IMG/VR virus record: IMGVR_UViG_3300032134_000001
DNA length: 64,000 nt
Reading direction: 5' to 3' (one strand)
DNA from: an uncultured virus (IMG/VR IMGVR_UViG_3300032134_000001)
Lineage: Duplodnaviria; Heunggongvirae; Uroviricota; Caudoviricetes
Positions 1-9,487 of the stretch are shown piece after piece. A program made the translations under genes and the position numbers. The notes beneath the pieces were generated by a model that was not told where the DNA came from, did not search any database, and was given only the letters and a program-made list of their open reading frames with translations. How positions within the stretch are numbered: the first letter of the stretch is position 1; each line of letters starts with the position of its first letter.

Positions 1-570
1 CTCCGTCTTCATGTTTGTCGTCAGCTCTGCCTTCGTTGACTTGATGAGGGCGCGGAGGAGGTCTTGGGCGATAACCACCAACTCAGGGGCCTGAGGAACA
101 GACTTGCGGATGCCCACCACGGCCTTGCGGAGCAGAGTGAGCCGGTTGATCCCCAGGTTCGCGGCGTCGTAGTAGCCCTTCTGCCAGAGCTTCTCTGGCG
201 ACAGGTAGCCCATGTAGAGCTGAACCGAGATGTCGCCCCTCTTCTTCTTCCCCCGCTCCGAGATGCTGATGTAGGGCGTGCCGTGAAGACGACCAGCCCG
301 ACCGTCACCCTTGGCCCGCGTATCGACGAAGCCAGCTTCGCCCAAGAACACTTCCCCCACGCTGCCCATGTTGACGTCCCAGCACACCGTGTCTCGTTCG
401 AGCTTGGGGGTGTGGCAGTGGGGGAGGACAGCCTCGTAGACCCGCCGGAAGCTCATCGCGGCGGCCTGCTTGGCCTCAGCCTTGTGGGCCACTTCCGTCT
501 CGCGAACCTCCTGACGCTCGGCCCACTCCGCTTCCTTCAGGCGCTGGAGCTTGGTGATGCGCTTGGCCAT
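1..570 (-). CDS. hypothetical protein, 3' end runs off the window (MAKRITKLQRLKEAEW...)
   Basis: Hand-translated. ATG at 570 overlaps the upstream TGA (TGATG); frame open to base 1 with GC3-rich codons. Missing from the ORF track. Confidence 0.75.
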   Translation of the reverse strand, partial: MAKRITKLQRLKEAEWAERQEVRETEVAHKAEAKQAAAMSFRRVYEAVLPHCHTPKLERDTVCWDVNMGSVGEVFLGEAGFVDTRAKGDGRAGRLHGTPYISISERGKKKRGDISVQLYMGYLSPEKLWQKGYYDAANLGINRLTLLRKAVVGIRKSVPQAPELVVIAQDLLRALIKSTKAELTTNMKTE

Positions 571-1010
571 CAGGCTGCCTCCACGCGGGTGAGGGTGTAG
601 CGAGCGATGCGGAGCTGCTCCGTGCTCTTCGTGATGCGGTCTGCGATCAGACTCTGCTCCGTGCGCCAGTAGGCCGAGTTGTCGAAGAGCTGTCCGATCA
701 GGCGGAGGTGGTCGCTGCCATCCTTGTTGCCGCCGCAGGTCTGGATGTAGATGTGCAGGCCCCGTCCGCAGCCCCGGCCCGTGCCGATTCGCAGCTCACT
801 CACGCCGTCGCCACAGGCGAAGACGTTGTTGGCCAGCCCACCCTGCCTTGAGGAGGGGTCTATCAGCCAGACCTGCTCCAGTCCCGCCCGATTCTTCATC
901 CTGAAGTCAGTCGAGATGGGGTCTCCCCCGTTCCCGAGAGTCGTCTTGGCACTCGTACACACCAGCTTGGGGAGCTGGTTCCTGACGTGTTCCCACACTT
1001 GTCCGCTCAT
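570..1010 (-). CDS. hypothetical protein
   Basis: Start moved to MSGQVW (ATGA overlap with upstream stop). Confidence 0.7.
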   Translation of the reverse strand: MSGQVWEHVRNQLPKLVCTSAKTTLGNGGDPISTDFRMKNRAGLEQVWLIDPSSRQGGLANNVFACGDGVSELRIGTGRGCGRGLHIYIQTCGGNKDGSDHLRLIGQLFDNSAYWRTEQSLIADRITKSTEQLRIARYTLTRVEAA

Positions 1011-1321
1011 TGTTCCTGTCCCTTGTTGTGGTCCGCCGCGACCGTTGCAAGCAGCTCCAGCGGGGTCGGCAGATCCGCGGCTGTGATGATTTCGATGACA
1101 CGCAGCCATCGGTTGTCCGGGGCCGCCAAGACAGCCACCGCTCCGGGTCCGACCAAAGCAAGCACCTGACGCAGCCGCTTCTCAGCACCCTCCTGCGTGG
1201 CCTCGCTCATCTCGGCAAGCTGCGAGTCAAGCCAAGTCTCGCCGTAGCTGCCGCAGTCGTCCTCACTCACCAGACGCCGGTGCTGTAGCGACCGGAAGAT
1301 GTACCACCGAGTGATGGGCAC
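1007..1321 (-). CDS. hypothetical protein with C-terminal TPLELLA tag
   Basis: Coupled ORF ending ...DLPTPLELLATVAADHNKGQEQ. Confidence 0.75.
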   Translation of the reverse strand: MPITRWYIFRSLQHRRLVSEDDCGSYGETWLDSQLAEMSEATQEGAEKRLRQVLALVGPGAVAVLAAPDNRWLRVIEIITAADLPTPLELLATVAADHNKGQEQ

Positions 1322-2019
1322 TACTCTTCGCCTTCCGCTTCGATCTCGTGGAAGCAGGTGATGCAGACCGAGCGGCCATCTGAGGTCGGCAGGCTCGCCC
1401 CGGTGTCGTGAGGGTCACTGGTCATGTCCGACTGCGTGAAGAGCCAGACCTGCTGACACGAGCTGCACAGCTCCACACAGCCAGGGCAGTACTCAGCCTC
1501 GTCGATGGTGGCGTGGGACTCAGACTCGGGCGAGTCGTGACCTGGCCCCGCGCCGTAGGCGTAGGCAAAGCCCATCCAGTAGTGAACCGCGTCCCCGCCG
1601 ATCCACTGGAGGTCGCCACCCACCACACCGTCGACTTTCCCGTCCGGGTAGTCCGACTCGGGGTCCGAAGCGACTTGGACGTTGCAGCAGGCACACGACC
1701 AGAGCGGTTCCACTGCTGGATACTCCCAGGCCGGGCGGCTGTCGTTGGAGCCATCGCGGTCAACGCGGGCCAGCAGCTCGTGACTGCCATCCTCGTCGGG
1801 GTTGATGAGGATGCGGTCCCGCAGGAAGGCCTCCTCGGGGTGCTGAAGACCTGCCAGGTCCTCCAGGGGTCCGTTCTTGGGGAAGGGGCTCTTCCCCGTG
1901 CAGGCAGGGCAGCCAGCGCCCTTCAGGAAGAGACTGGCCTCCCACCGGAGCATGTCCCCATGCCGGACGCCCCAGGCACCCCAGGGCTCGCCGCAGACCA
2001 CACAGGTCAGGTCACTCAT
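1321..2019 (-). CDS. Cys-rich, probably zinc-binding protein
   Basis: Six CxxC-type pairs (CVVC, CPAC, CACC, CPGC, CSSC, CITC); internal GPLEDLA. Confidence 0.75.
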   Translation of the reverse strand: MSDLTCVVCGEPWGAWGVRHGDMLRWEASLFLKGAGCPACTGKSPFPKNGPLEDLAGLQHPEEAFLRDRILINPDEDGSHELLARVDRDGSNDSRPAWEYPAVEPLWSCACCNVQVASDPESDYPDGKVDGVVGGDLQWIGGDAVHYWMGFAYAYGAGPGHDSPESESHATIDEAEYCPGCVELCSSCQQVWLFTQSDMTSDPHDTGASLPTSDGRSVCITCFHEIEAEGEE

Positions 2020-2023
2020 CGTT

Positions 2024-2410
2024 CTACTCCCTCCACATGAAGACGGTGGCAGCGATGTTGTGGTCGCCGCCGGGGATCACCATCAAGCCGTAGGCCACAC
2101 GCCGAACGAGCCCCCTCGTAGAAGCCGAAGCGAGGGGGGAGTTCCCCGGGCTGAACTCAAAGCGAAGGGTCGGGGCAAGGTCCCGAAGGAACCGCACCGC
2201 CCGATCCCGGTTGCGCTCGCCGCGACTTCTCAGGTCGCCGCAGGCGGCCAGAGCTTCCAGCGGAGTCTCCGGCGGTAACAATCCCTTCCCGGAAGGCGCT
2301 TGCCAGCCGACCACGCCCAACATGTCCCTCGGAAACTCCTCCTTGAGGCGGGCGAAAGCCTTGTCCCCCAAGCTGAGTTCCACCCAGGCAAAGCGAAGGC
2401 CGTCATCCAT
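2024..2410 (-). CDS. hypothetical protein with internal TPLEALA
   Basis: Start at MDDGLRF after a GGAGG RBS. Confidence 0.7.
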   Translation of the reverse strand: MDDGLRFAWVELSLGDKAFARLKEEFPRDMLGVVGWQAPSGKGLLPPETPLEALAACGDLRSRGERNRDRAVRFLRDLAPTLRFEFSPGNSPLASASTRGLVRRVAYGLMVIPGGDHNIAATVFMWRE

Positions 2411-2798
2411 CAGCCACCTCACGTTGGTTCCAGGCAGCTGCGACAGCTTCGACAGCCGCATCGAACTGGCCCGTCTCGACCACATGGCTTGCCGTGTCGA
2501 CACCGAGGGCTTCACCCACTGCATCCACGAGCCCTTCGGCCCAAGGCACGACGGTCGACTCCTCAACCGAGGACAGCGCAGCACGGATGCGATCAGCTCG
2601 GGCCGCGTCTTGGTCGTAGGCCAGAAGGAACGCTTCCTGCATCACAGGGTCCGCGTTGGGGTGGGCCAACGCCTTCACTTTCCGCATCAACGCGAAGGTC
2701 TTCAGCTCCGCGATCATCCCGGCCACGGCTTTCAGCTCGAAGGCGTCCAGACCGGTCATGCAGAGACGCAGGGTGTAGGTCTTGCTCACCTCAGCCAT
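2403..2798 (-). CDS. hypothetical protein
   Basis: Start at MAEVSK after GGAG; coding-like codon bias. Confidence 0.7.
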   Translation of the reverse strand: MAEVSKTYTLRLCMTGLDAFELKAVAGMIAELKTFALMRKVKALAHPNADPVMQEAFLLAYDQDAARADRIRAALSSVEESTVVPWAEGLVDAVGEALGVDTASHVVETGQFDAAVEAVAAAWNQREVADG

Positions 2799-2962
2799 CG
2801 CTTCTCCACGTAGTCGAAGAGGTCTGTCAGCTTCTGCGTGAGCCGCTTGTGCAAGCTGCTCTTGCTCCACGCTTCCGTGATGGCGGTGCCCAGCACCAGG
2901 TTCAGGAGCCACATGGCCGCGATAGCGATGCAGATCCAGTAGAGCGGGGGCATGAGGGTCAC
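2786..2962 (-). CDS. small membrane protein (58 aa)
   Basis: Hand-translated MTLMPPLYWICIAIAAMWLLNLVLG...; GTGA overlap; fills a gap between genes. Confidence 0.6.
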   Translation of the reverse strand: MTLMPPLYWICIAIAAMWLLNLVLGTAITEAWSKSSLHKRLTQKLTDLFDYVEKRWLR

Positions 2963-3273
2963 GGCGTCTCTCCTTCTGCTTTGTTCAGGCAGCCTGCGAG
3001 GGCTGAGAGCGGGTCGAACACCACGGCCATGCCGGGGACTCGGCCCTTGGCATGGCCAAGGCGGTAGCCGCTGTCCGGGTTGGACAACTCCCAGCGGTGC
3101 TCAGCGATCTCTGTCAGCGTCAGATCGCGAGCCAAAGCCCTGTCATGGTCGTCCAACTCTGCGTAGTCGAACTGGGCCAGGTAGGCGATCCAGGGCTCGA
3201 CATCCCGGTGGTAGGGGGTGCCGGGACGAGGAATCTTCGCCTCCCTCGTCTCTGCCGGAGCGAGGGCCATCAC
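2959..3273 (-). CDS. hypothetical protein with C-terminal DPLSALA tag variant
   Basis: Coupled ORF. Confidence 0.7.
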   Translation of the reverse strand: MMALAPAETREAKIPRPGTPYHRDVEPWIAYLAQFDYAELDDHDRALARDLTLTEIAEHRWELSNPDSGYRLGHAKGRVPGMAVVFDPLSALAGCLNKAEGETP

Positions 3274-3983
3274 CCCTCCTCATCGTAGAGCTGCCAGCCG
3301 TCGTACCTGAGCCAGGCATCACCGTGACAGCAAGCTGCCTCTCGGGTAGCAGCTGCGCCTTCCTTGCCCCCCAGGGGGCCGAAGCGCTGAACAGCCCAGC
3401 TCCAGGGGTTGACCTTCCAGTCCGCCAGCTCCCCCTCGTAGTCGTGACGGTCCTCGTCGTACTGCTCGTCATCCCCCATCTGGTAGTTGCCCATGTTGGG
3501 CTCGACGGGCTTCATGCGAGGACCAACCCTGATCACCGGCTCCTCAACACCTTCGCGGCCCAACGTGCTGCGGTTGTGAACCCCGAAGGCCTCCGCAGGA
3601 GTGAACCGCACCAGAGCTTCGGGGCTGGCCCCGGTGTTCGTCTCCTTGGCGTAGGGAGAGCCGTTGTAGGGCACCCACGGGCCTGCCATCTTCGCGTGCA
3701 TCATGGCCCGCTTGACCGGGAGCCCGCCGCTCGCCGCCGCTGTCGCTACTACTGCCTGCTCGAACTTGTCGGCGGCTCGGTTGAACTCCTCCTGGGCCTC
3801 CGCCGTGTAGTCGCTGTCGCTCCACTGGCCGGTGTAGGAGGGAACTTCCTGCCGCGCCTGGGCCAGCTTTTCCGTGGCCTGGACCAAGAAGATGTGCATC
3901 TGGGCCAGGGCCATCGCCGTGCCGCGGGCCGGGACCGGGTCCTTGCCCCCGAAGCCGAAGCCGTTGTCGTCGTGCTCACTCAT
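3270..3983 (-). CDS. hypothetical protein
   Basis: Start moved to MSEHDD; acidic; coupled at the 3' end. Confidence 0.7.
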   Translation of the reverse strand: MSEHDDNGFGFGGKDPVPARGTAMALAQMHIFLVQATEKLAQARQEVPSYTGQWSDSDYTAEAQEEFNRAADKFEQAVVATAAASGGLPVKRAMMHAKMAGPWVPYNGSPYAKETNTGASPEALVRFTPAEAFGVHNRSTLGREGVEEPVIRVGPRMKPVEPNMGNYQMGDDEQYDEDRHDYEGELADWKVNPWSWAVQRFGPLGGKEGAAATREAACCHGDAWLRYDGWQLYDEEG

Positions 3984-4644
3984 TGTCGTCATCCTCGGCA
4001 ACCGAGGCCAGGGCTTCCAGGGGGGTGAGGGGTGGGACCTCGTCGTGGCTGATCCACACCCAAGCGCTGACCCAACAGCCGTCCTCCCCCTCAGAGAGGC
4101 AGGCGTCGGCATCAACTTCGATGTCCTCGTCGTTCCGGTCTCCGAGGCGGAGGGTGCGGGCCGCTTCGATCAGCTCGCCGTGCTGGGGGTGGTTGAGGGT
4201 CTGCTCACGCTGGTAGGCCCGGCTTCGCTCCAGGTCAGAAGCCACGTCCCGCAGGCCGGGGATGATGCCCTGCGACCGCCGAGTCTCCAGGCGTTCCGCC
4301 CAGTCACGGAGCTGCTCGACCAGCGTGACGAGGGGGCTGTCCATCCCCCGCTCGACTGGCGTGGGGGGAGGCTCTGCCTCTTCCCCCGGCAGCGGACTGA
4401 GGAGCCAGGCCAGGATGGCGTGCATCGTCGCCGCATCGCAGCGGGTCGTGCCGTGGCTGCCGGTCCAGATCTCGACGTGCGAGCCCTTGTTCCAGATGGT
4501 GTAGGGGCTTCCCCGCCACATGAAGGTCTTGTTGGCCTGCGTGTGGGCGAGACCGGCGTCGTTCATCGCCTGCAGCGCTTGGCGGTTGAGCTGCCCGATG
4601 TCGAGGGCGGCGGGGCGGCAGATGAGGTCCAGGTTGGTGCTCAT
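3976..4644 (-). CDS. hypothetical protein with C-terminal TPLEALA tag
   Basis: ATGA overlap; ends ...LTPLEALASVAEDDDNE. Confidence 0.75.
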   Translation of the reverse strand: MSTNLDLICRPAALDIGQLNRQALQAMNDAGLAHTQANKTFMWRGSPYTIWNKGSHVEIWTGSHGTTRCDAATMHAILAWLLSPLPGEEAEPPPTPVERGMDSPLVTLVEQLRDWAERLETRRSQGIIPGLRDVASDLERSRAYQREQTLNHPQHGELIEAARTLRLGDRNDEDIEVDADACLSEGEDGCWVSAWVWISHDEVPPLTPLEALASVAEDDDNE

Positions 4645-5879
4645 TCCCACTCCCCGTTGTTCTCGTCGTCGAGCCGAAGGACGTGTCCCCAGGCCCCCCG
4701 GGTGGGGTCGCTGCCACCCTGAGTGAGGACCCAGATCACGCCCTGGAGCGACTCCGGCATGGTCTGAGGCACGCCGATGTACCCGTCGGTGAAGGCGATG
4801 ACCACGGAGTCGTTGCGCTCCTCGTCCATCAGCTTGAAGGCCGGGCAGAAGTCTGACCCGCCCCCGCCTGCCAGGGCTTCGAGGACTGCTTCGGCCTCCG
4901 TCACGTCCGTCAGGTCAGAGTGGATGGCAGCGTCGATGATGATGACCCGGATGGTCAGGTCCAGGTCCTCGCAGATGAAGGCGACTTCAGGGAAGATGTA
5001 CTTCTCGGTCCCCATCTGCGAGCCGCTGGTGTCCCAGAAGATCGTCACGTCCGGGAAGCTCTTGCGACGAGTCCCCATCAGAATCTCACCGACCGCCGCA
5101 CTCCGGCGGGAAGGCCGGAGGTAGGTCAGGTCTGGCTTGCCTGCGTGTTCCCCCAAGAAGTTCGACAGGAGCGTGAGCCAGTTGACCTTGGGGTCGAGAA
5201 TCTCGTCGATGAGGAGCTTGAGCCCACCCGGCAGCGTGCCCTGACCCTTCTGCTGCTCGTGGACCTGCGCCGCCGCGATGACCTGGATGGCCCACTCTCG
5301 CTCCAGCCGTTCCTGTGCCGCCGTGTCGCCTTGGCCTGCTGCCTTGCCGCCCGGCGTGGAGGAGAGGTCAGGTCGGCAGTCCTGTCCGATGCCCTGCGAG
5401 CCGTCGCTCTTGCCCTTTCCCTTGCCGTTGCCCTTTCCCTTGCCGCCGCTCTTGGGGAGCTGATTGTAGATCTCCTCCGCGGCCATGCCAGCGTACTTCG
5501 GGTCGTGCAGCCCGTTCGGGGGGAGCTGGATGTTGTTCCGCAGCCCACCGGCGATGAAGTCCAGGATGATGAGATTGATGGCGTGGTCGTGCGCCACGTT
5601 CCAACCTCGGAGGTCTCGGCCTCCCATGCGCTCGAAGAAGCGCATCGCCGGATGCAGCACCTCGTGGGCGATGAGGCCGCGAACCTGAGGCTCCGTGAGC
5701 GTGGCCATGAACTCTTCGTTGAGCACCAGGGTGCCGTCAGGCCCCACGCCTGCCGTCGGGACCATGTCCTGTGGCGCTGCCACTCGGGGCCGGAGGCGAA
5801 GCGTCATGAAGCCGAGGAAGGGGATCTTCGCGGCCAGGTAGGTCCGGGCCTCACTGACCCGTGCGAGTACGTCACTCAT
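4641..5879 (-). CDS. DUF2201-type HExxH metallopeptidase plus VWA domain protein
   Basis: HEVLH motif, G/K-rich linker, MIDAS DTSGS, GGGGSDF and FTDG; lies downstream of a MoxR-type ATPase. Confidence 0.88.
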   Translation of the reverse strand: MSDVLARVSEARTYLAAKIPFLGFMTLRLRPRVAAPQDMVPTAGVGPDGTLVLNEEFMATLTEPQVRGLIAHEVLHPAMRFFERMGGRDLRGWNVAHDHAINLIILDFIAGGLRNNIQLPPNGLHDPKYAGMAAEEIYNQLPKSGGKGKGNGKGKGKSDGSQGIGQDCRPDLSSTPGGKAAGQGDTAAQERLEREWAIQVIAAAQVHEQQKGQGTLPGGLKLLIDEILDPKVNWLTLLSNFLGEHAGKPDLTYLRPSRRSAAVGEILMGTRRKSFPDVTIFWDTSGSQMGTEKYIFPEVAFICEDLDLTIRVIIIDAAIHSDLTDVTEAEAVLEALAGGGGSDFCPAFKLMDEERNDSVVIAFTDGYIGVPQTMPESLQGVIWVLTQGGSDPTRGAWGHVLRLDDENNGEWE

Positions 5880-6150
5880 CTGCGTTGTCCTCACCGGACC
5901 CGGGGGTCCGATTGGTGAAAGGGGGGGCTGCGTTCCAGTCGTTCCCGAGCAGGAAGGCGGGGTCGGTGCCGTGGGCGGCCAGCGAAGTGGCCATCGCCTC
6001 GGGGGTGATGCTTTGGGAAGTCGACTTCCACGAACCGCTCCACGCCCCCGACACAGTCTCCCGGACGATGTCCGGGAGTTCCATGTCGGAGGGAAGCGGG
6101 TTCTTGTGGAGGACCTCCAGGACGATCACGGTCCTGTAGAGGTCTGCCAC
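5872..6150 (-). CDS. hypothetical protein
   Basis: GTG start (VADLYRT) after GGAG. Confidence 0.65.
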   Translation of the reverse strand: MADLYRTVIVLEVLHKNPLPSDMELPDIVRETVSGAWSGSWKSTSQSITPEAMATSLAAHGTDPAFLLGNDWNAAPPFTNRTPGSGEDNADE

Positions 6151-6152
6151 GG

Positions 6153-6659
6153 CTACTTCTCCACCGCCGGGATGTGCAGCTCGACGAAGCCGGGCTGTCC
6201 TCGGAGGGCCGAGAGGGCGGCGTTGGCCTCGGCCTGCCGTTCCTCCGGACTGAGGCGAGCGATCCGCATCGCCTCGTGGGCCTTCTCGTGCTCCTGCTGG
6301 TAGATCGAGTGGCTCACCGCCAGGAAGGGAGGCGAGCCACTCGATCTGGACCGCCACCGCCCCCGTCCGGAGGTGGCGACCAGGCAGCAGGAGATGTTCC
6401 CCAGCCGCCGCTTGACCCGGTCCTCCAGGGACTCTGCGGCCTCGGCAGCGCGGTCGGCCCGGCTCTTTCCCGCCAGGATGTCCTGGAAGGAGTAGCCCTG
6501 GATCTTCTCGGCCGTCTGGATCTCCCAGGAGCAGTCCGCCAGCGGGGTCGCGGCGCTCTTGGCCTTGCTCTTGGCCTTCGCGGCCCTCACCTGGTCCAGC
6601 GCCGTCACCATGTCCGGTGCGGCCTGGACCTCGCCCCAGGTCAGCGTGATGGTAGCCAT
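6153..6659 (-). CDS. hypothetical protein
   Basis: Start at MATITL immediately after the ATPase stop. Confidence 0.7.
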   Translation of the reverse strand: MATITLTWGEVQAAPDMVTALDQVRAAKAKSKAKSAATPLADCSWEIQTAEKIQGYSFQDILAGKSRADRAAEAAESLEDRVKRRLGNISCCLVATSGRGRWRSRSSGSPPFLAVSHSIYQQEHEKAHEAMRIARLSPEERQAEANAALSALRGQPGFVELHIPAVEK

Positions 6660-6660
6660 C

Positions 6661-7821
6661 TCACTTCTCCAGGGTCTTCGCGAGCCAGCCAATCAGCTCG
6701 CGGATTTCCGGGTCGTTTCCACCCCGGCGGGCCGCGACGAGCAGGTCCTGCATCCGGCCCTGGCAGGCCGTGAAGGTGCTGATGCTCACTGCGATGTACT
6801 CCCGGTTCGTGCTCGTGACCCAGGCCAAAGCCCGGAGGTACTTCGTGAGCGTCTCCTGGGCCTTGCCGCCCTTCGCCTTGCGGGCAGCCACCTCACCGAG
6901 ACCGGTCGCCATCGCAATCACCCGGTCGGGCTTGTTGCCGAGGACGCCGAGGTCGGGAAGCGCCTGCTTGGGGTTCTCCAGCACCCGCTCCGGGTCCACC
7001 AGCTCTCGCCGGAGCATACGGAAGGCAGCGAACTCCGAGGCCACACCCTCCCCGACGAGGCCGGAGGCGATGTCGATGACCGTCTCTTCGGGGAGCGCCC
7101 CCGAGACCTTGCCCAGCAGGGACCAGCTCCGAGGCGTCGCGAAGGCGCCGCGCTTGTCGGCGTCCTTGGGCAGCCGGGAGAAGTGCTCCTTCTTGTAGTG
7201 GAGGAAGGCCGGGACATCGGTCTCGTACCCCTGCGCCATGTACCAGGCTTCCCAGCCCTTGAAGTCGGGCGAGAAGGGCAGGATGCAGACCGAGTTGCGG
7301 AAGTGGGCCGGGAGCGTGCTGGCTGCGGACTTGTCCTCTCGCCGGTTGCCCGTGACGATGACGAAGACGCCGGGAGACAGCTTCATGTCGTGGATGCGGC
7401 GCTCAAGCGACACCTGCCGACAGGCGACCTGGACCTGGGCCCCTGCCGCGGGCAGGTCGTCGAGGATGAGGACGCCGTAGGCCCCCTCCGCGCAGAAGGG
7501 AGCCAGCCAGCTCTGGGGGATGTAGCGGGTCACCCGCTTCCCTGTGGAGCCGCACAGCTCCTTGGTGTCGGGCAGGCCCATGAGGTCCTCGGGCAGCATG
7601 GAGCTGAGGTCGAGGGCACCGTGGGGGGCCAGCACGGCAGGCGGGGCGTTGGGGTTGCGGGCCTGGACGTCTTCGGTCATCAGCTCCGCGAGGAACTTGC
7701 CTGCGGCCGTCTTGCCGACTCCGGGCGGTCCGAGCACGCAGACCGTGATCGGCTCACGGTCCTTCTTCTGGGCATCGCGCCACATCTTGAAGCAGGTGTT
7801 GGCCAAGGTGGTGAAGTTCAT
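6661..7821 (-). CDS. MoxR-like AAA+ ATPase
   Basis: Walker A GPPGVGKT, Walker B LILDD, TGNRRED sensor, ATPRSW; start at MNFTTL after AGAGGA. Confidence 0.88.
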   Translation of the reverse strand: MNFTTLANTCFKMWRDAQKKDREPITVCVLGPPGVGKTAAGKFLAELMTEDVQARNPNAPPAVLAPHGALDLSSMLPEDLMGLPDTKELCGSTGKRVTRYIPQSWLAPFCAEGAYGVLILDDLPAAGAQVQVACRQVSLERRIHDMKLSPGVFVIVTGNRREDKSAASTLPAHFRNSVCILPFSPDFKGWEAWYMAQGYETDVPAFLHYKKEHFSRLPKDADKRGAFATPRSWSLLGKVSGALPEETVIDIASGLVGEGVASEFAAFRMLRRELVDPERVLENPKQALPDLGVLGNKPDRVIAMATGLGEVAARKAKGGKAQETLTKYLRALAWVTSTNREYIAVSISTFTACQGRMQDLLVAARRGGNDPEIRELIGWLAKTLEK

Positions 7822-7914
7822 TCTCATCCTCTCGTGGTGTGGTCTCGGCCCGAAACGGGCACTCGTGGTTGGTGGAGCGAGTCGCTCCGGGTTGGCTCCC
7901 CTCAGAGCCGTGAA

Positions 7915-7926
7915 TGTCAGGTGGCA
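7915..7926. promoter_or_regulatory. palindromic operator copy TGTCA-GG-TGGCA
   Basis: Intergenic, upstream of the AAA ATPase; matches the recurring GTGCCA-N2-TGGCAC motif. Confidence 0.6.
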
Positions 7927-7930
7927 CTCT

Positions 7931-8266
7931 TTAGCTGAGGCCGACCTGTCGTTCAACGTAGTCGTTGCGAGCATCCGGCTCGGCCTGGTCGTAGTGCCCC
8001 TCGAAGAGGTGCGAGTACGGGTCTTCAGCCAGCTTCCTGCGGACGCAGCCCCGGTGGGTGCCCCAGGTCTTCGCTCCCGGCACGCCGAAGCGAGCAGGAC
8101 GACTCCAGAGCACCACGAACACGGCGTAGACGTCGCGGCTTGCGCCGTTCCAGCCGGGCCGAAACTCGTACTCCAAGTCCACCAGCTCCGCGCCGATGGC
8201 CGAAGTGGTGTTCTGCTCGACCATCGCCCAGATGTCGGGGCGGGCCAGGTTCATCAGGTCACCCAT
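7931..8266 (-). CDS. hypothetical protein
   Basis: Start moved to MGDLMNL. Confidence 0.65.
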   Translation of the reverse strand: MGDLMNLARPDIWAMVEQNTTSAIGAELVDLEYEFRPGWNGASRDVYAVFVVLWSRPARFGVPGAKTWGTHRGCVRRKLAEDPYSHLFEGHYDQAEPDARNDYVERQVGLS

Positions 8267-8468
8267 CGCTCTCGTCCTCTCGTGGTTGGTAAGTGCGTGC
8301 GAGCAGCTCCAGGTCTGTGACGTCTCGCTCCTCCAGCCGGTAGTGGCGGGTGGGCTGCGTCTTCCTGAGCCGCTCCATCTGCCGGGTCGCACCCTCGCGG
8401 GTGGTCCAGCCGTAGTGGCCTGCGTCCAGCTCTTTCCACCAGCCGACGCGGTAGTCAATCCCCGGCAT
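8259..8468 (-). CDS. small protein with C-terminal TDLELLA tag
   Basis: MPGIDY... after GAGG; ends ...VTDLELLARTYQPREDESDG. Confidence 0.7.
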   Translation of the reverse strand: MPGIDYRVGWWKELDAGHYGWTTREGATRQMERLRKTQPTRHYRLEERDVTDLELLARTYQPREDESDG

Positions 8469-8691
8469 GAGACACCTCGGCAAGCAGCTCAAGTGGAGTC
8501 ATCGTCCGGGAGTCGATCCAGTGCTCCAGCTCGGGGCGGTGCCGGTTCCCGTGCAGGACCCAGGCCTCCGTGCGGGCCTTGTTCAGGCACCAGGGGCCGT
8601 AGGAGATCTTGTCCACTGGCTTCGAGCCAGCAGTCCCCAGCCGAGCGCGCGAAGCCACTCGGTACTCGACCCAAAGCTCAGCCGGGCTCAT
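8455..8691 (-). CDS. small protein with C-terminal TPLELLA tag
   Basis: MSPAELW...MTPLELLAEVSHAGD. Confidence 0.7.
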   Translation of the reverse strand: MSPAELWVEYRVASRARLGTAGSKPVDKISYGPWCLNKARTEAWVLHGNRHRPELEHWIDSRTMTPLELLAEVSHAGD

Positions 8692-9487
8692 GGGTGACCT
8701 CGGCAAGCTGCTCCAGTGGCGTGCCTGCGTTGTGGTCTGGGAGGTAGGCACACACCTCGCCGTCCTGGTCGAAGTTGATGAAGCGGCAGCTCACTCTGCG
8801 AGCCAGCTCCAGGATGGGCTGGAGCCAGGGCTCAGCGTCCTTGTCGTGCTCCTGGTCGCCCAAGAAGACGATCCAGCCGCACTTGTGAGCCACGTAGCGA
8901 GGGTTCGGCTCGTCCCGGATGGCGGGCCAAAGCAGCTTGCCCCAAGGGTACTGCTGGCCCGCCCACTCCAGCACTTCCTGCGGGATGTGCGCTGTCGAGA
9001 GGTCCAGCGCCGAGCAGAAGGCCTGGTTGTCGAACACGCCGGAGTGGTCCAGCATGGTCAGCGCTCGGCACCCCTCAGGCTCGTCCCCCCAGGAGGAGCC
9101 ACCAGCCACCCACCAGTGCTGGCCCCCCAGGAGCAGCACCGTCACGAGCGTGCTGCTGGCGGCGTCCTGGTAGGCAGTGACCAGCTCCCCGGCCAGAGAG
9201 CGTCGGCCCCAGGTCGCGACCGGATCATCGTCCTGCGACTCGGCCAGGTCTTCCAGGGGGGCCTCGGGCCTCTCCTGGTACGCCTCGTCGAGGCTCTCCT
9301 CGCCGCCCAGTGCGAAGAAGCTGAAGAACTCCTCCAGGTCTCCTCGACTCACCCCAGCGGCGTAGGTGTGGAGCGCCGCTTCGATGGCAGGCGGGGTGCC
9401 CAGTCCGACGTTCCGGGGGTGGGAGCAGACTCCCAGAATCAGGTCAGCTCCCACCGTGTGCTTCCTCCATGGTGTCGTCGTCGTCAA
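8678..9487 (-). CDS. hypothetical protein with two tags (APLEDLA internal, TPLEQLA C-terminal)
   Basis: ORF track; coding-like bias. Confidence 0.75.
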   Translation of the reverse strand: MTTTTPWRKHTVGADLILGVCSHPRNVGLGTPPAIEAALHTYAAGVSRGDLEEFFSFFALGGEESLDEAYQERPEAPLEDLAESQDDDPVATWGRRSLAGELVTAYQDAASSTLVTVLLLGGQHWWVAGGSSWGDEPEGCRALTMLDHSGVFDNQAFCSALDLSTAHIPQEVLEWAGQQYPWGKLLWPAIRDEPNPRYVAHKCGWIVFLGDQEHDKDAEPWLQPILELARRVSCRFINFDQDGEVCAYLPDHNAGTPLEQLAEVTHEPG

